From assembly GCA_030141605.1 (NCBI GenBank), contig JAQGDQ010000205.1, forward strand, positions 62,001 to 126,000: a DNA stretch of 64,000 nt, given 5' to 3'. The position numbers and the translations under genes are program-made. This document shows positions 1 to 12,015 of the stretch, in pieces. Under the pieces are notes generated by a model, which saw only the letters and a program-made list of their open reading frames with translations, ran no database searches and was not told the origin of the DNA. The stretch comes from Tubiluchus corallicola (lineage: Eukaryota; Animalia; Priapulida). Each line of letters begins with the position of its first letter. Positions within the stretch are counted from its first letter, which is position 1.

Positions 1-480
1 TTTGCTCGACAGCGGTCACTCGAAGCATGCAGAGAACAATTGTTGCCCCAAACCCTGGTGCATTGCTAAATATTTGCAGTTTATGTGCTTTGCTGCATTG
101 ATTTGTAGTGTTTATTTAGACTCTTGAGACTGTTGAACCAGTTTAATTTGTTCACAGCATTGTTTGGCGGTCAAGTTAGAGCGGCAAATATTTACTGTTT
201 GGTCACAACTTAATGTTAGGTTGTTTTGCGACAATTTTATGCAAATAGTACCTTCATCACAACTGCCAACTGCTATGTGATCGTGGATTAAATGATGGTA
301 AACAAGTATCCCAAAATTCCCAAGATTTTGGCAATTCACGGACATCTGTGATAAAATCATTTACATTTTCACCTTTAGGTTGCACACGTAGACGAAAGTT
401 ACAACATTCAACAACAACGACATTTTCTCACGAGCATAGCATTCTATTTCACTAAAGATGCAAGGTACCTTTTGCTTTTC
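1..480 (-). mobile_element. Degenerate Ty3/gypsy-type LTR retrotransposon gag fragment (runs off window start)
   Basis: Minus strand, across frameshifts, reads NFRLRVQPKGENVNDFITDVRELPKSWEF / LIHDHIAVGSCDEG..KLSQNNLTL..QTVNICRS. This follows the typical gypsy gag pattern F..R.Q..GE....FI..LR.LA..CEF...IRD.IV.G..D...L.L. Stops and frameshifts are present. Confidence 0.6.
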
Positions 481-990
481 TGCATCAGGAAGTTCAAGGT
501 TAAAAATAATCTATAATTAAGAGTGTCTTTACAGTTTGCAATTACTGTATTACGCTGGGTTCGATTTTGTGCAGTACTTTTAGACCTGACAATTCGAAAT
601 AAGAATCCCACTAGGTTGTCCATAAACTGAACTGCTGTTCCCGATAAATGTTTAGAGCTAGCATATCAGATCTGATACTATCTGAAATTAAAAGCATATG
701 TGACGAGGCATTGCTATCAGGTAGGCTTGCATTACCTTCATGCCTATCGAAGTGCTCACCTGCACACCATTTATAGCTATACCATTGCGACCACACATGC
801 AAAAAATGTATGTTGAAACCATAATTTTAAGGCCTTGTAATAGGCCACTGAAGTTCACAGTTAAGTTTTACTGACAAGAAAAGAAAAGCCTTTTTGTATT
901 TTTGTTTATTGACTCAAATAGTACAGGAAATAGTTAACAATTAAGGGAACCTTAATTATTTTGACTTTTGTAAGGTCAACAATCGAATGA

Positions 991-1391
991 TAGGGGTGAG
1001 CATCGAATGCTCGAATTCGATTCGAACGATGTTTTTTAGATCAAACTCGATTCGAATTCAAAACTATAGATTCGAATAATTCAGCACTTCAATCGCATAT
1101 GTTTTTTATCACTAAAACGATTGAAACATCATGCAATTAGCATAATTTAGCTGTCATGTCTGTGCACAATTTTAAAGAAATTACTAGTCGTTTTATTGCA
1201 GAACAAAATCTAGTGATATGCATGATCTTTGTAAGACTAATTTTTACTGGTGGTTCGAAAACTTGTTCGAAAATCTTGCAGTCTGAATTCGAATTCGGTT
1301 CGCATTAGAAACACTGGAGTTCCGTTCGATTCTAAAGTCACAAATTCGGTTTGACACGAATTCGCTTTCTGGTAGAGAATACTCACCCCTA
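991..1391. mobile_element. hAT-type MITE
   Basis: Terminal inverted repeats TAGGGGTGAGCAT...ATACTCACCCCTA. Flanking 8-mers TCGAATGA / TTGAATGA match 7/8 (TSD). Interior is rich in TTCGAA-like motifs. Confidence 0.8.
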
Positions 1392-1436
1392 TTGAATGAA
1401 TGAACGGGAAGTCGGCCATCGCTATTGGAATTACGA

Positions 1437-1582
1437 GTACGGGTACAAAACTCACAGAAAAAGGTCACAGGAAAAAAGAAATAACCCTAACCTTATCTCT
1501 AACCCTAGGCAAAGTTAATTGTGACTGTTTTGCCAGTCATTTTTTCCGTGACTTTTTTCCTGCGATTTTAGTACCGGTCACC
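1437..1582. mobile_element. Short non-autonomous element (Helentron/HINE-like) with TAACCCT core
   Basis: Imperfect inverted repeats GGTACAAAACTCACAGAAAAA ... TTTTTCCTGCGATTTTAGTACC around TAACCCTAACC..TAACCCTA. Confidence 0.45.
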
Positions 1583-1802
1583 GAAGGGCCATTTTTATCC
1601 TTTGTAGAATTTACGCCTTTAAAAAATGAATATTTTGTTTGGATTTTTATTCTAAGATCTCGAGTCGTTTTTCATTCAACCCCTAGACGGTAACCTCTAC
1701 CTCTGTCGTGACGTTTGCCATAGATGCATTGTTAAAAAACCTAAACCGAATCAACATTTCATTGAGGCTCGCTAGTGCGCAGTCTGTGCTACCGCGAAAA
1801 AT

Positions 1803-1818
1803 ATGAGCAGTAACGCCG
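1803..1818 (+). CDS. CENPN: Probable first coding mini-exon of CENP-N (MSSNA-G)
   Basis: ATG AGC AGT AAC GCC G followed by GTAAGT (phase 1), in a CpG-rich promoter-like zone. The phase matches the acceptor TTTTTGCAG at 4435 and joins in frame to G-KHQLTMEEC. Confidence 0.55.
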
Positions 1819-3657
1819 GTAAGTTGGGTTTGGACTGTTGGGTTTCCCTAATTTGATGGAGGTAATTTTGAGCGTCCATCTGCTGTTGTCGAAGTAATAT
1901 AGGTTGCCAGTGGTGTACCTCCGCTGGGTCTACGATTTTCTGAACTTGCTGTTGCAGATCTTGTAAAAATTGAACCTAAAGCTGCTACTAGTACTATGTA
2001 ATCCTCTGGAATAAGAACTAGAAGATTTTAAAGCAGTTGGTTTGGGTAATATCAGATTTGTGGCAAAGGCATCAGTTCTCCACTCTGCGACTACAGTTTA
2101 GTGGAATGTACAGAACATTTCTGTCTTATTGTGTGCTTTATGCTTATCAAAGGGATGTTCTGTTATGCAATATCCCCCGACATATTGGCTTATCTAATTT
2201 CAAGCTAGTTGATATATTGTCATGTGAAGTCTCAAGAAGATGTTGAATTGAGGCGATAATTAAAGATCTTTGTTCTTTTGTAGATGACACTAAACGTTTA
2301 AACAAGCTGACAACATAATATTGCCCACGTTTTGACAGTATTGGAGTCGTATCACTGTATTCTCTTTATTTTGGCTTTTGTGAAGAAATTCTCCATTGTG
2401 ATAAACAGCTCATATTGTATTGATTTAAGAATTTACATGAACATTTTGTCAACAGACATTGATGTGGAGACATGGGGGTATAATGTGGAATGCTAGCTAG
2501 ATGTTAGTTTAAACGTGATGGACTCTATATCACGTGCAGAAATTTGATTACAGGATTTTTGTTTTAACTACGTCCATTAAATTAGTCAATTGACGTCCAT
2601 CGTGTCCATATTATGTTCATCACATTCATCTGTTTATAATTTGCCCTGTAAGTTACAGTGATAAAAATGTTACCTAATTTATGAAATTAATTTCACGTCA
2701 GTTAATAAGTGCTAGGGTGATAAAAATGCTCTTTTCATTCTTCCCTGAAGCAATGTCATATGATCATCATGTCATCAGTTACATACATATATCCATCCGG
2801 TGAAATCCCTTTCTGTCAGAGCAAATAACAGCGCTCATTCTACTGCTTGCTTAGTACTAGGCTGTTAATGAATTTAACATAATGTTGCCTTTGAACACAT
2901 ATTTTTTACAGAAATATGTACAATTGTATATACATATTATTACCTACAAGCGTTTACAGTAGATACCTTATCATTGTACCTATTGGAACCCTATAATTTT
3001 AAGCTATAGGGACATGCTGGGAAATAAGTTTTTTTAAATCTTAACAGGGTAATAACTTATACTGGCAAATTTCATTAACATTTTGTTAGCTGCTTTTATT
3101 GCAAACTAGCCTAATTGTTTATCTAGGTCACTTTGAACTACTGAATCTTGTTTCAATTTTTTTATTGTAAATTATATGAATATTGTAATGTTATATACCA
3201 ATCAGTCAATAAAGAAAGCACAATACTTAATATGTATGAAAAGTAGCTAAAAGTTATGATTTGAATTTTACGTTAAGCCTACATGATACTTTTTACCATT
3301 GTGTCCTTCAGTAAGCTAACTGCTTGATTTTTTCCACCTTCAAGAGACTTTAATTTTATCTGGGAATAAAATTCACAATTTGATAGCATTTGTTCTTCAG
3401 TCTCAAATGTTTTTACTGCATTTATAGAGTCGATTTTTCATACAATAATCTAAGATCCAAGCGTACAAGGGTTTTTTAGATCTAGTACAAGTTTAGCTTA
3501 AAGGGAAACAGAACCCAATTTTAAACTACATTTAAAATGATCTAATGTATCAAATATTGAAAGAGAATGTGGTTGTTTTTTTAAGAGTGACTTATATGAA
3601 GGAATCATTAGCACAGAAGTTTAATCTCACGTTCGTGCCAAGTTACATGCACGTCAC

Positions 3658-3851
3658 TATGGTCAAATATTGTTATAACACCCCCTTTTTAATGCCAACG
3701 TCGCTTAACAAATGTTTTTCACAAAACAGATTATCTATATTTGCATAAACATTTACACATGTATTAATGCAGCCACGTTATAATGCCAAACTCACTACAA
3801 CGCCTGCTTTCTTGCAGTCCCAAAGTAAGCGTTATAAAGAGGTTTGACTGT
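3658..3851. mobile_element. pogo/Tigger-like (Tc1/mariner) MITE
   Basis: Right end GCGTTATAAAGAGGTTTGACTGTA is the inverted match of the degenerate left end TATGGTCAAATATTGTTATAACAC. TA termini. Confidence 0.55.
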
Positions 3852-3861
3852 ACTTAGATTG

Positions 3862-4150
3862 ACACAGTGCCTGCATCTCGGTAATACATTGCACAAAAGG
3901 CAGTACTGTACCTCTCAGTTCAGTTGTCATATAATGCACACATTCGAGAGCTCATGCGTTAGCATAGTGGTAAGGTTGAAATTTGAATTTTAAAGGTAAA
4001 AATTTGCTGAGTTCCTGTGTATCACACTGAATATTGTACAGTATCACACTATTCCAATTTTCGTTACCATACCCCAAACATGTGCAACATGGTTTGCGAA
4101 ATAATTCTGCTATTAAAATTTATATTCTTGTGGTGACATAATATCACTAA
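3862..4150 (+). repeat. Dispersed repeat family, copy 1 of 3 (others ~18060-18375 minus, ~49578-49880 plus)
   Basis: Shared blocks such as CTGTACCTCTCAGT..TGCACAC(A/G)TTCGA(G/C)AGCTCATGCGT..GAAATTT and GCT(A/G)TT(A/G)AAA(A/T)TTAT occur at all three sites. Confidence 0.7.
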
Positions 4151-4435
4151 CTGAGCTCACCAATCATTAATTACTTAATTACCTGAAACGCTTGTGATGT
4201 TACTGTATACTTTTTACTGTACTTCAAAATAGAAAAATCAGACTGTTTTCATTTGAAATTTTATCAGTAGTACTCAGCTATTTCTAGGTACTTAAATTAA
4301 TATAATTATTGTAAAGAAATGTTACAAATTAATGATGAAATGAACCAATGTTTGTTAGATATTGTGGATTGAGTCCATTGATCAAGCTACCTATAACCAG
4401 TTTGTTAAAATCACTAACTTGTCTGATTTTTGCAG

Positions 4436-5532
4436 GAAAACACCAATTGACCATGGAGGAGTGCGATTCGAAATTTCTTTCGGCTGTGTTGCATAAACTC
4501 AGTAATAACAAGCCAGTTTTTAAATCTGTTTTGCTTTCCTCTCAGTTTGTTAAGTCTTTAGATGCATGTTCAGATGGCAATTCAATGTTAGATAAAATAG
4601 AGGGCATTTTTACTGCTCATTTGTCCACTAGGGTGCTTTTGCGGAAGTTGGTCGACGCGTTGCAGTCGAATGGCATCACTAATGCTGACATTGTAGAGTT
4701 GGATCTGGAACACATTTATCATAATCCGATGACTCACTTGTGGACTGTGTTGGAATGTACGCCTTGCGCTGACCTACAAGATATCCGACCTGAAAAGCTA
4801 GAGAAAAAATTACGTAAACAGTTTCTTTTGTACTTCGAAACTTCTGTATTGGCAGTGCATCGTTTTAGTACTACACTCTGGATTTCAGTTTGGCTGAGGA
4901 TGCATGATGTGCCATACTGTTCAGCTGATGTTGTTCATGTCGTTCACTCACACCAAGCCCCGTTTCTTTTTACTTCAAAAGTGAAAACTTCTATCAAAGA
5001 TCGTTTCTTTCAGTGTTTTTTAAATGCCTTGAAGTTTACTTGCTTGAAAGACTCGCAGCTTTCTGGTCATTGTCTTCAGTCGCTTGCACGGCTCACCGAG
5101 AACAAGTACACAAAGGATGGAATAAAAAAGTACGATATTAATTTGCATGTTCAACGAAGGAGTACCAGTAAGACACATAAGCGCCCGCTGTCTGCAGATG
5201 AGAGTGATATCTATGAAAATGATGAAGAACATGCTAAAAGAAAAGCATATGTAGAACGTGAGTTTGGCAATGACCTACCAGTAATTGAGACTCTAGATTA
5301 TAAATTGGAAACCGCATTTCGTGGCAGTTCATATGTGCCACAATTGGCGGGCGACAAGCGCATTTTTAAGTGTCGTGTAACTTTTAACGGAAAAGACGTT
5401 TTAGCTGGTCTTAAGGGATTGGTGGAAATCGGTGTTGCTTCAGCGCCTCTTTTACCACATGTGTCCAGTGTATTGCACAGAGGACAAAACAGCTACATCT
5501 TACAAGACAAAAAAACAAGAGAGCCAAATTAA
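4436..5532 (+). CDS. CENPN: Centromere protein N (CENP-N/Chl4 family), main coding exon; internal ATG at 4453 gives 359 aa
   Basis: EFGNDLPVIETLDYKLETAFRG and GVASAPLLPHVSSVLHRGQNSYILQDK align with the vertebrate CENP-N C-terminus (FGDYPQPQLEFAQYKLETKF; GIADAPLSP..RMNYFKIRDK). Also ELDL..YHN..HLW and VVHSHQAPFLFTS. Acceptor TTTTTGCAG ends at 4435, so the ORF-track start at 4348 is intronic. Confidence 0.88.
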
Positions 5533-5764
5533 ACATCCACAGTTTTTTAGTGTTGAGTTGTCTGAACTGAATTCCTCAAAGGTGTGAGTCAACTTAGTAA
5601 CTAGTGCTTGGTAGATATATGATATCTACAAAATTTGCAAATACTGTACAGTAACGTGTATATATACAATGTAAATATTTTTACACAGTTTTTGAAAAAT
5701 TTCATATCCAATGACCCTTTTTCATAGTTTCACTGTAAGCATGTGCAGTTGTTGTACGTCAAAG

Positions 5765-5957
5765 GTAAAGTGCGCGCGCCACATTGACGTGTCTTAGCTA
5801 CAACTGTCACATGACGTGGGTAAAGCAAAGCCGTTCTGCCGTGTCAGGTTCAGTAACCTCAGTTGTTTTAATTTGACTTTATTTAATTATGTATTAGTCT
5901 GTGCGTAGAGTGATTTACTAGCAGGATCGTGCTTAGGAACAAGAAAAAACGAACTAG
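5765..5957 (+). promoter_or_regulatory. Promoter-like segment and possible non-coding exon downstream of CENP-N
   Basis: GCGCGCGCC patch and two TGACGT (CRE-like) sites, then a donor-like CTAG|GTAAAG at 5957/5958. A candidate acceptor TTTTACTCTTGCTGGCTCCAG ends at 8430, upstream of the integrin ATG. Confidence 0.35.
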
Positions 5958-8748
5958 GTAAAGTTCTAGCTAGCTGTTTAACTGTTAGATTACAATAGCA
6001 TGGACAGCGAGGCATTGTCAAATATACACAAATGCGTTGTCTGGTTCACTTAACCTTTGACCTTTTCACCATTATCATCAATCGTGGGAATTGTGAAAAG
6101 GTTTAGTTTATTTGGTTTACAGATGTTTACTTAAAATAAATTAGCATTCTGTGTATGCATTTCCAACTCTAGTAACTTGTTAATACCTTATTTGGTGATA
6201 TCGCCTCATAATTAAAGACTGGTTAAGGGAAAATTTCCATGGAACATTAAAGGAAATGCCAAGTCTGCTGCGTTTATTTCACTCTGTTCACAAAAAAATG
6301 TTGGAAATATTTGTAATAAAAGTACGACAAGTTCTTATAATTAGTAAAATAATCACATAAGTTGCGATCATTTCATGCAGCACCCATTTTTCCACCGGTA
6401 GCGTCATTTGTTAACTGAAGAAAAGCAACCCGTTGTCAGTTTCCATCAAAAACAATAGTATAATAACTTTACAAAAAATTCGTTAATTTAGCATTGGAAA
6501 CTTTTAATGGCAACTTTTTCAACTACTTTGAGTCTTCAGAATCAAAGTTAATTCTGATGCGCCAAGGCATTGATAAGTTAATTGATATTACAAGCCTGTA
6601 ATATAAGCTGAAATAGGCAATTCTGATTATCCGGGCCGACTTTCTGGGCTATCCAGAGTTTCAGATTTTTTTACCTCTTAGAACGGGGCGTGTCCGGATA
6701 ATCAAAGTCCTGTTGTGCTTTTTTATTTTATCCCCTTATCTGCGCAACTGTGAGCTATACTGCTAAATTTCACGAATGTAAAATCTTCCTACGTAAGACT
6801 TCATCGTGGCGAAGGAGGCGTCAACTCAAGTGCCATCCCAGGCATCAGAAGCTCTAGCTACGCCACTGTAAATTATGGATATTTGCTGTTAAAAACGACA
6901 CAATAAATGATTATGCACCATTTTTTACTGAAAACTTGATCCTTTGCGATGCATGAAAACATAAGTGAAACAAGTCACTTGAAATGCAATATTCACGAAA
7001 GACACAGTTGTGGCGACTTCTTGACTGCCACCAGCCAGCAGCTTTTAATTGCAGTTCTTAATGTATATAATACACATTATATACATGTATATGGCTTACA
7101 TAACGTGGTGTGACTGGTAAATTTACATTGCTATATAAAATGAGAGGGGAAGAGATGGGAGGAAAGAAGGAAGGAAAAAGAGACACAGAGAGAGAGGAGG
7201 GGACAGAAAAATAATACATGTTGTGAATGAAATAGTTCTATATGCGACCAAGGATCCAATGAACTTGAACCATCAAAAAACTAAAAAAGCGACTGAGACT
7301 ACAGTACATTTATTTCTATAAATTTGACAAACTGGTATACAGCACTCAATGACAAAACATACTTGAACTACACTCGTTATACAAATGGTTGATAGTAGGA
7401 TTGAGAATCTTCTTCAGTATCAACATAGTTATCTAAGATGTGGTGCCCAAATCTTTAAACGTCTTTTCAATCTGTCTGCTTGATGGGTACCCTAATATCT
7501 CGTGCCCGAGTGAGCCAGCACCCTTCCCCTTCTGCTTGTAATGAGAAACTCTAACTACACAGCAGTATTATGGGCTATTCTAAAGGGAAACCGTCTTTAC
7601 GCTAACAGTTGAATTTAAGTTTATTTTAACTACAGTATACAGATGCACATTGGAAAATGCTTCATCTTTTGCTGAAAAAGTAACTTTATCCTTCAATGAA
7701 AACGATTTGTCATATTTTAAAGTGCTTTGCTTTTCCATTAGATTGGTATTTATTAGCCTATATGGACATATTAAGTATATAAAACATCCATTTTGTGTTT
7801 TCCCCACACACCCACAGACAGCAGATTAATCAGTGGGTGAGGCTTGTAGTTTCTTATCAACCTATATATCGCCTACGTACAACCGTATATATATCCGTTT
7901 ATACAAATAGATGTACAAGTTTCTCACTCGTAAGCCTATATCGTCACAAGAAATAAGTTACAGACCTCAATTGGAAACGAGTTCTATTTCTCAGTCCGCG
8001 CGGTCATTTTTTTGGAGAGAAGCAATTTTAATTTAAAGTTTTAAACAAATTTACCAAAATAACGCATAAATTAGCATAATATTAAAGCTATGCTATAAGA
8101 CAAGCTAAAGCGATTGTCGCAGCCGTGAATACCGATTGTACCGTGAATAATACAATCGGTATAATGTGCTTAAAATCGCAACGTAAGTTACGCAAATAAA
8201 AAGCGCTATCACTTCCGTTTAATCAAACAAATCACATCTCAAAAAATGAGTGAGAGACGCTGCAGTCTCGATCTACGAATCAATTTTATTTGACCAGGAT
8301 CTAACGTGTTTGTGAGTAAATTAAAATACACAAAGGCAGAGCAGCCAAATACCCACACAAGTCCTTCTAAAGGCAGCTTTACACTGTTCAAATAAGTACT
8401 CAAAGTGATTTTTACTCTTGCTGGCTCCAGGTGAACAGCATTTCAGCAGAATTCAAGCACCCATGGATTTAGCGTAATTTGCATGTATAATATTTTTTGC
8501 TGGTGACGAGAACTCTTATGAACGATCAAAATTGAGTTAAATATGATCAAACATCTTATAAAAAACTGGAGAGTGTTATATTGAATATTGAATGTTGATG
8601 TTGAACGTTGATTCTGAGGGACAATGTTGCAACTTATGAATGAAATTGCAATTAGCAGTTTCCTCGACTCTATTCTGAACATTTGCTACTCGAGAGCATT
8701 ATTTTGTGCCTATTAAAGCAACATTCTGTACTGCTGCAATACTGCACG

Positions 8749-11700
8749 ATGTTGATTATTCTGCTGGTAACTGTGTTCATAACTGGCTATGTTGTAAATG
8801 GATATAATATTGACACTGATCATGCAATCATATTTCATGGATCTAATGGTAGTTATTTTGGATATGCAGTTAGACTGTTGGCTAATTCAGAAGGGACATG
8901 GGTGCTTGTTGGTGCACCAAAATCTGAATCTCTTTATATTCCAAGAACCGTAATTCAACCCGGTGCCATGTATCAATGTCCAGTTAGTGGTGCATCAGAT
9001 TCTTGCACAGAAGTAGAAGTGGATAACACAGGCAATCTCTGCATGGAAACTGAAACTAGCGGGACAGAATCACAGTGCTTTACAACAGTTAATGAATCAA
9101 CAACATTTTTGTGGCACAAGAAAGATTATCAGTTCTTGGGTGCCAGCATTGCTGTACAAACAAGCGGACAAAACAGGGTGACAGTCTGTGCTCCACGCTG
9201 GATTAATCAAGCCTACAAGGAGAAACCATTCGGAGAATACTTGATGAACGGGTATTGTTGGGAACTTAATCGTGAGCTAGAATTTTCATCTGTCACACCG
9301 CTCCATCCACTTAGAGATGTTGATAAGCAAATTCTTAATGGTATTTACCTGTACGCTGATGGAATGACAGGTATGGCCTCAGATTATCCAAAAGCCACTT
9401 CTGACAACACTTTGCTGCTAGCTGCGCCCGGAGTGTGGAGTTTTACGGGAAGTGTTGTCGAATATCCTAATGGAAGAAATGATATGACAATACCACTGCC
9501 TAATGCAGTTCCCAGCGATGGATACATGGGTTATGCTATTGACTCTGGTGTATTCTTTCCCGACAGGAAAACTATAATTGTAGCTGGAGCACCAAGAGTA
9601 CCTCGTAAAGGTAACTATGGTACCGTATTTCTTTACAGTGGAAATTTTGATGTCATTCTAATGAAGGTCGGGAGAATTACTGGTGAATATTTTGGTGCTG
9701 CTGTAGCTGCTGTTGATGTCAACAACGATGGATTAGATGATCTCATTGTAGGTGGCCCATACTACTATACAGATGATATGGTAGACATAGGCAGAGTGTA
9801 CGTATATATGAACACTGGAAGTGGGAATGACCCACTAAGAGAGCATGAGAGTAAATTGTATGGTTCTATATCTCTGAAGTCTAGATTTGGTTCGGCCATT
9901 GCGGGTGCTGGAGATCTTGACCTAGATGGCTTTCAAGACATCGCAGTTGGAGCCCCATTTGAGGAAGATGGACAGGGTGCTATTTATATCTACATGGGAA
10001 TGGCTGAAGGAATTCACCAACAGTATTCACAGAGAATCTCCGCATCGCTCATCAATTCGAACATGATGGGATTTGGTTGGAGTTTGTCAAACAGCATGGA
10101 CATTGACAGTAACAACTATCCTGATTTAGCAGTTGGTGCATTCCAGTCAGATCACGCAGTCTTACTACGTACAAAGTCACTTCTGCATTTCAACACCACT
10201 CTGCAGTTTTTTCCGCCTACCATTGTGCCAAATAAAACTGAATGTGCTAACTCAAATGCAAAAATCTCTTGTGTGAATGTGACGATCTGTTGGCGCTACA
10301 ATGGAAAGTTTGTTTCTGATTCACAAGGTATTGTCTATTCAGTAGCAATAACATCTAACACTGTATACTTTACGCGAGCATATTTCGCAATTAACAACAA
10401 TATAATAACAAATATTACTTCAAACAAAACCCTCAGCAAAGACGTTACATCTTGTGATCAGTTTGTTATTTATGTTAATTATTCTAACAATGATGTGTAC
10501 ACACCAGTAAACCTTAACCTGCACTATAATGTTGCCAATGGTCAAGGCAACCAATTTGATTTGCCACCTGCAATTTCTCGGGATTCGTTAACAGAGGCAG
10601 ACTATGCACTCAAATTCCTCACCGACTGCGGCGCTGATGATATTTGTACAGCTGATTTAGAAATTGAAGTTGAACACAGTCTTCAAGAAGACCATGTGTT
10701 GGTTGGCAGAGACAAACAATTAGGTTTCCATATTTCAGTGAAAAACAATGGTGAAGATGCGTACAATACAGTTGTCATCGTAGAACATCCAGAAGTTGCA
10801 AAATTTATCAGAGCTCAAAGCCAAAGTGCAAACTACTTCGTGTCCTGCTTTTCCTCAGTAAACAGTAATGAGACTTACAGCTTGTTGTGTGAAATAGCAA
10901 ATCCCTTGCCAAAGTCATCAGTCGTCGACTTTATAATTGAATTTGACATAAGCACATTAGAAAGTGAACAAAACATATCATTTACAATGCAAGCTGTAAC
11001 AGACAGTCACGAAAAGAATGACACACTAAATGACAACTATTTATCATTTACAATACCTGTGAAAACCGAAACAGATGTGCAATTATCAAGCTTCTCGCGG
11101 CCAACAGAACTTGTGTATGGTGAAAGAATCTATACAGCCGAACCGAATCCGCCATCAGGATTGGAAGGCTATAGTACAGAATTAATTCACACGTATGACT
11201 TACACAACAGAGGCCAGGTGACCGTAAATATGGCAACTCTAACCATCCGGTGGCCGTACTTAATGCCTGACAATACAAACCTGGTACAATTCATTAGCTT
11301 TAACACTGGTACAAATACAATCGTTTGCAATGAAACACAGATTCTATTTGATGTTGGAAAATCGTCATCGGTAGATCAGGGCATTCAATTTGGCCCCATT
11401 GAGGAATTGCTAAAACTGGAGGACAATTTTAACTGTGTCACTACCAAATGCATTACATTTTATTGTCAAGTTGCTCAACTTCGACCAGAAGACGTTGCTT
11501 ATTTGTCGATAACAGTGCGTATAAATGAAGGAGTCTTATTAAAAATGCAGTCACTGAGTATTCCATTCGTTGATAGTACAAAGCTTTACATTACTAGTCA
11601 GGGAAGACTAGATGTTTTGAATGAAGATGCAGAAGCATCGAGGTTTGTGGAAACTGTGACAGCTCTCATCCAAGAAACTGAACCAGAACAAAAAGAAAGA

Positions 11701-12015
11701 ATTGCTATATGGGTCATAATAGTTGCAGTTCTGGGTGGTTTATTTTTGCTTTTGATACTTATCTTAATTCTTATCAAATGCGGCTTCTTTGAGCGCAAAC
11801 AAAAGAAAGAGTTAGCCGAGTTGAAACGACAAGACAGCCAGAGACAAGCGTCAACTGTTTATGAAAAAACAGACACCAAAGAAACGAAACCAATGTCTCC
11901 ACTTTCACCAGCATACCAAAATACACCGATAGACTTTTATGGAGATGGGCATTCTTTAGAGGCGAGGCCGATATCACTCACCCTGGGTGATACACCAGAT
12001 GTTTGTGATGTTTGA
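8749..12015 (+). CDS. Integrin alpha subunit without I-domain (alpha-4/alpha-9-like), 1088 aa, intronless CDS
   Basis: Signal peptide MLIILLVTVFITGYVVNG then YNID. FG-GAP repeats (GSYFGYAV..WVLVGAP, EYFGAAV, SRFGSAI, MGFGWSL), CAPRW, Ca-binding loops DVNNDGLDD, DLDLDGFQD, DIDSNNYPD, genu CGADDICTADL, TM helix IWVIIVAVLGGLFLLLILILILI and KCGFFER. First ATG is 8749; the track start at 8683 is TTG. Confidence 0.95.
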   Translation: MLIILLVTVFITGYVVNGYNIDTDHAIIFHGSNGSYFGYAVRLLANSEGTWVLVGAPKSESLYIPRTVIQPGAMYQCPVSGASDSCTEVEVDNTGNLCMETETSGTESQCFTTVNESTTFLWHKKDYQFLGASIAVQTSGQNRVTVCAPRWINQAYKEKPFGEYLMNGYCWELNRELEFSSVTPLHPLRDVDKQILNGIYLYADGMTGMASDYPKATSDNTLLLAAPGVWSFTGSVVEYPNGRNDMTIPLPNAVPSDGYMGYAIDSGVFFPDRKTIIVAGAPRVPRKGNYGTVFLYSGNFDVILMKVGRITGEYFGAAVAAVDVNNDGLDDLIVGGPYYYTDDMVDIGRVYVYMNTGSGNDPLREHESKLYGSISLKSRFGSAIAGAGDLDLDGFQDIAVGAPFEEDGQGAIYIYMGMAEGIHQQYSQRISASLINSNMMGFGWSLSNSMDIDSNNYPDLAVGAFQSDHAVLLRTKSLLHFNTTLQFFPPTIVPNKTECANSNAKISCVNVTICWRYNGKFVSDSQGIVYSVAITSNTVYFTRAYFAINNNIITNITSNKTLSKDVTSCDQFVIYVNYSNNDVYTPVNLNLHYNVANGQGNQFDLPPAISRDSLTEADYALKFLTDCGADDICTADLEIEVEHSLQEDHVLVGRDKQLGFHISVKNNGEDAYNTVVIVEHPEVAKFIRAQSQSANYFVSCFSSVNSNETYSLLCEIANPLPKSSVVDFIIEFDISTLESEQNISFTMQAVTDSHEKNDTLNDNYLSFTIPVKTETDVQLSSFSRPTELVYGERIYTAEPNPPSGLEGYSTELIHTYDLHNRGQVTVNMATLTIRWPYLMPDNTNLVQFISFNTGTNTIVCNETQILFDVGKSSSVDQGIQFGPIEELLKLEDNFNCVTTKCITFYCQVAQLRPEDVAYLSITVRINEGVLLKMQSLSIPFVDSTKLYITSQGRLDVLNEDAEASRFVETVTALIQETEPEQKERIAIWVIIVAVLGGLFLLLILILILIKCGFFERKQKKELAELKRQDSQRQASTVYEKTDTKETKPMSPLSPAYQNTPIDFYGDGHSLEARPISLTLGDTPDVCDV

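Noticed and set aside
1482-1510. Interstitial telomeric repeat
   Set aside because: Only two or three imperfect TAACCC units inside a small inverted-repeat element.
8129-8161. 11-bp inverted repeat TACCGATTGTA...TACAATCGGTA as a terminator or regulatory RNA
   Set aside because: Single short hairpin with no supporting context; bacterial-type terminators do not apply here.
8683-8748. ORF-track N-terminal extension of the integrin
   Set aside because: Starts at TTG. The ATG at 8749 directly precedes a canonical signal peptide.
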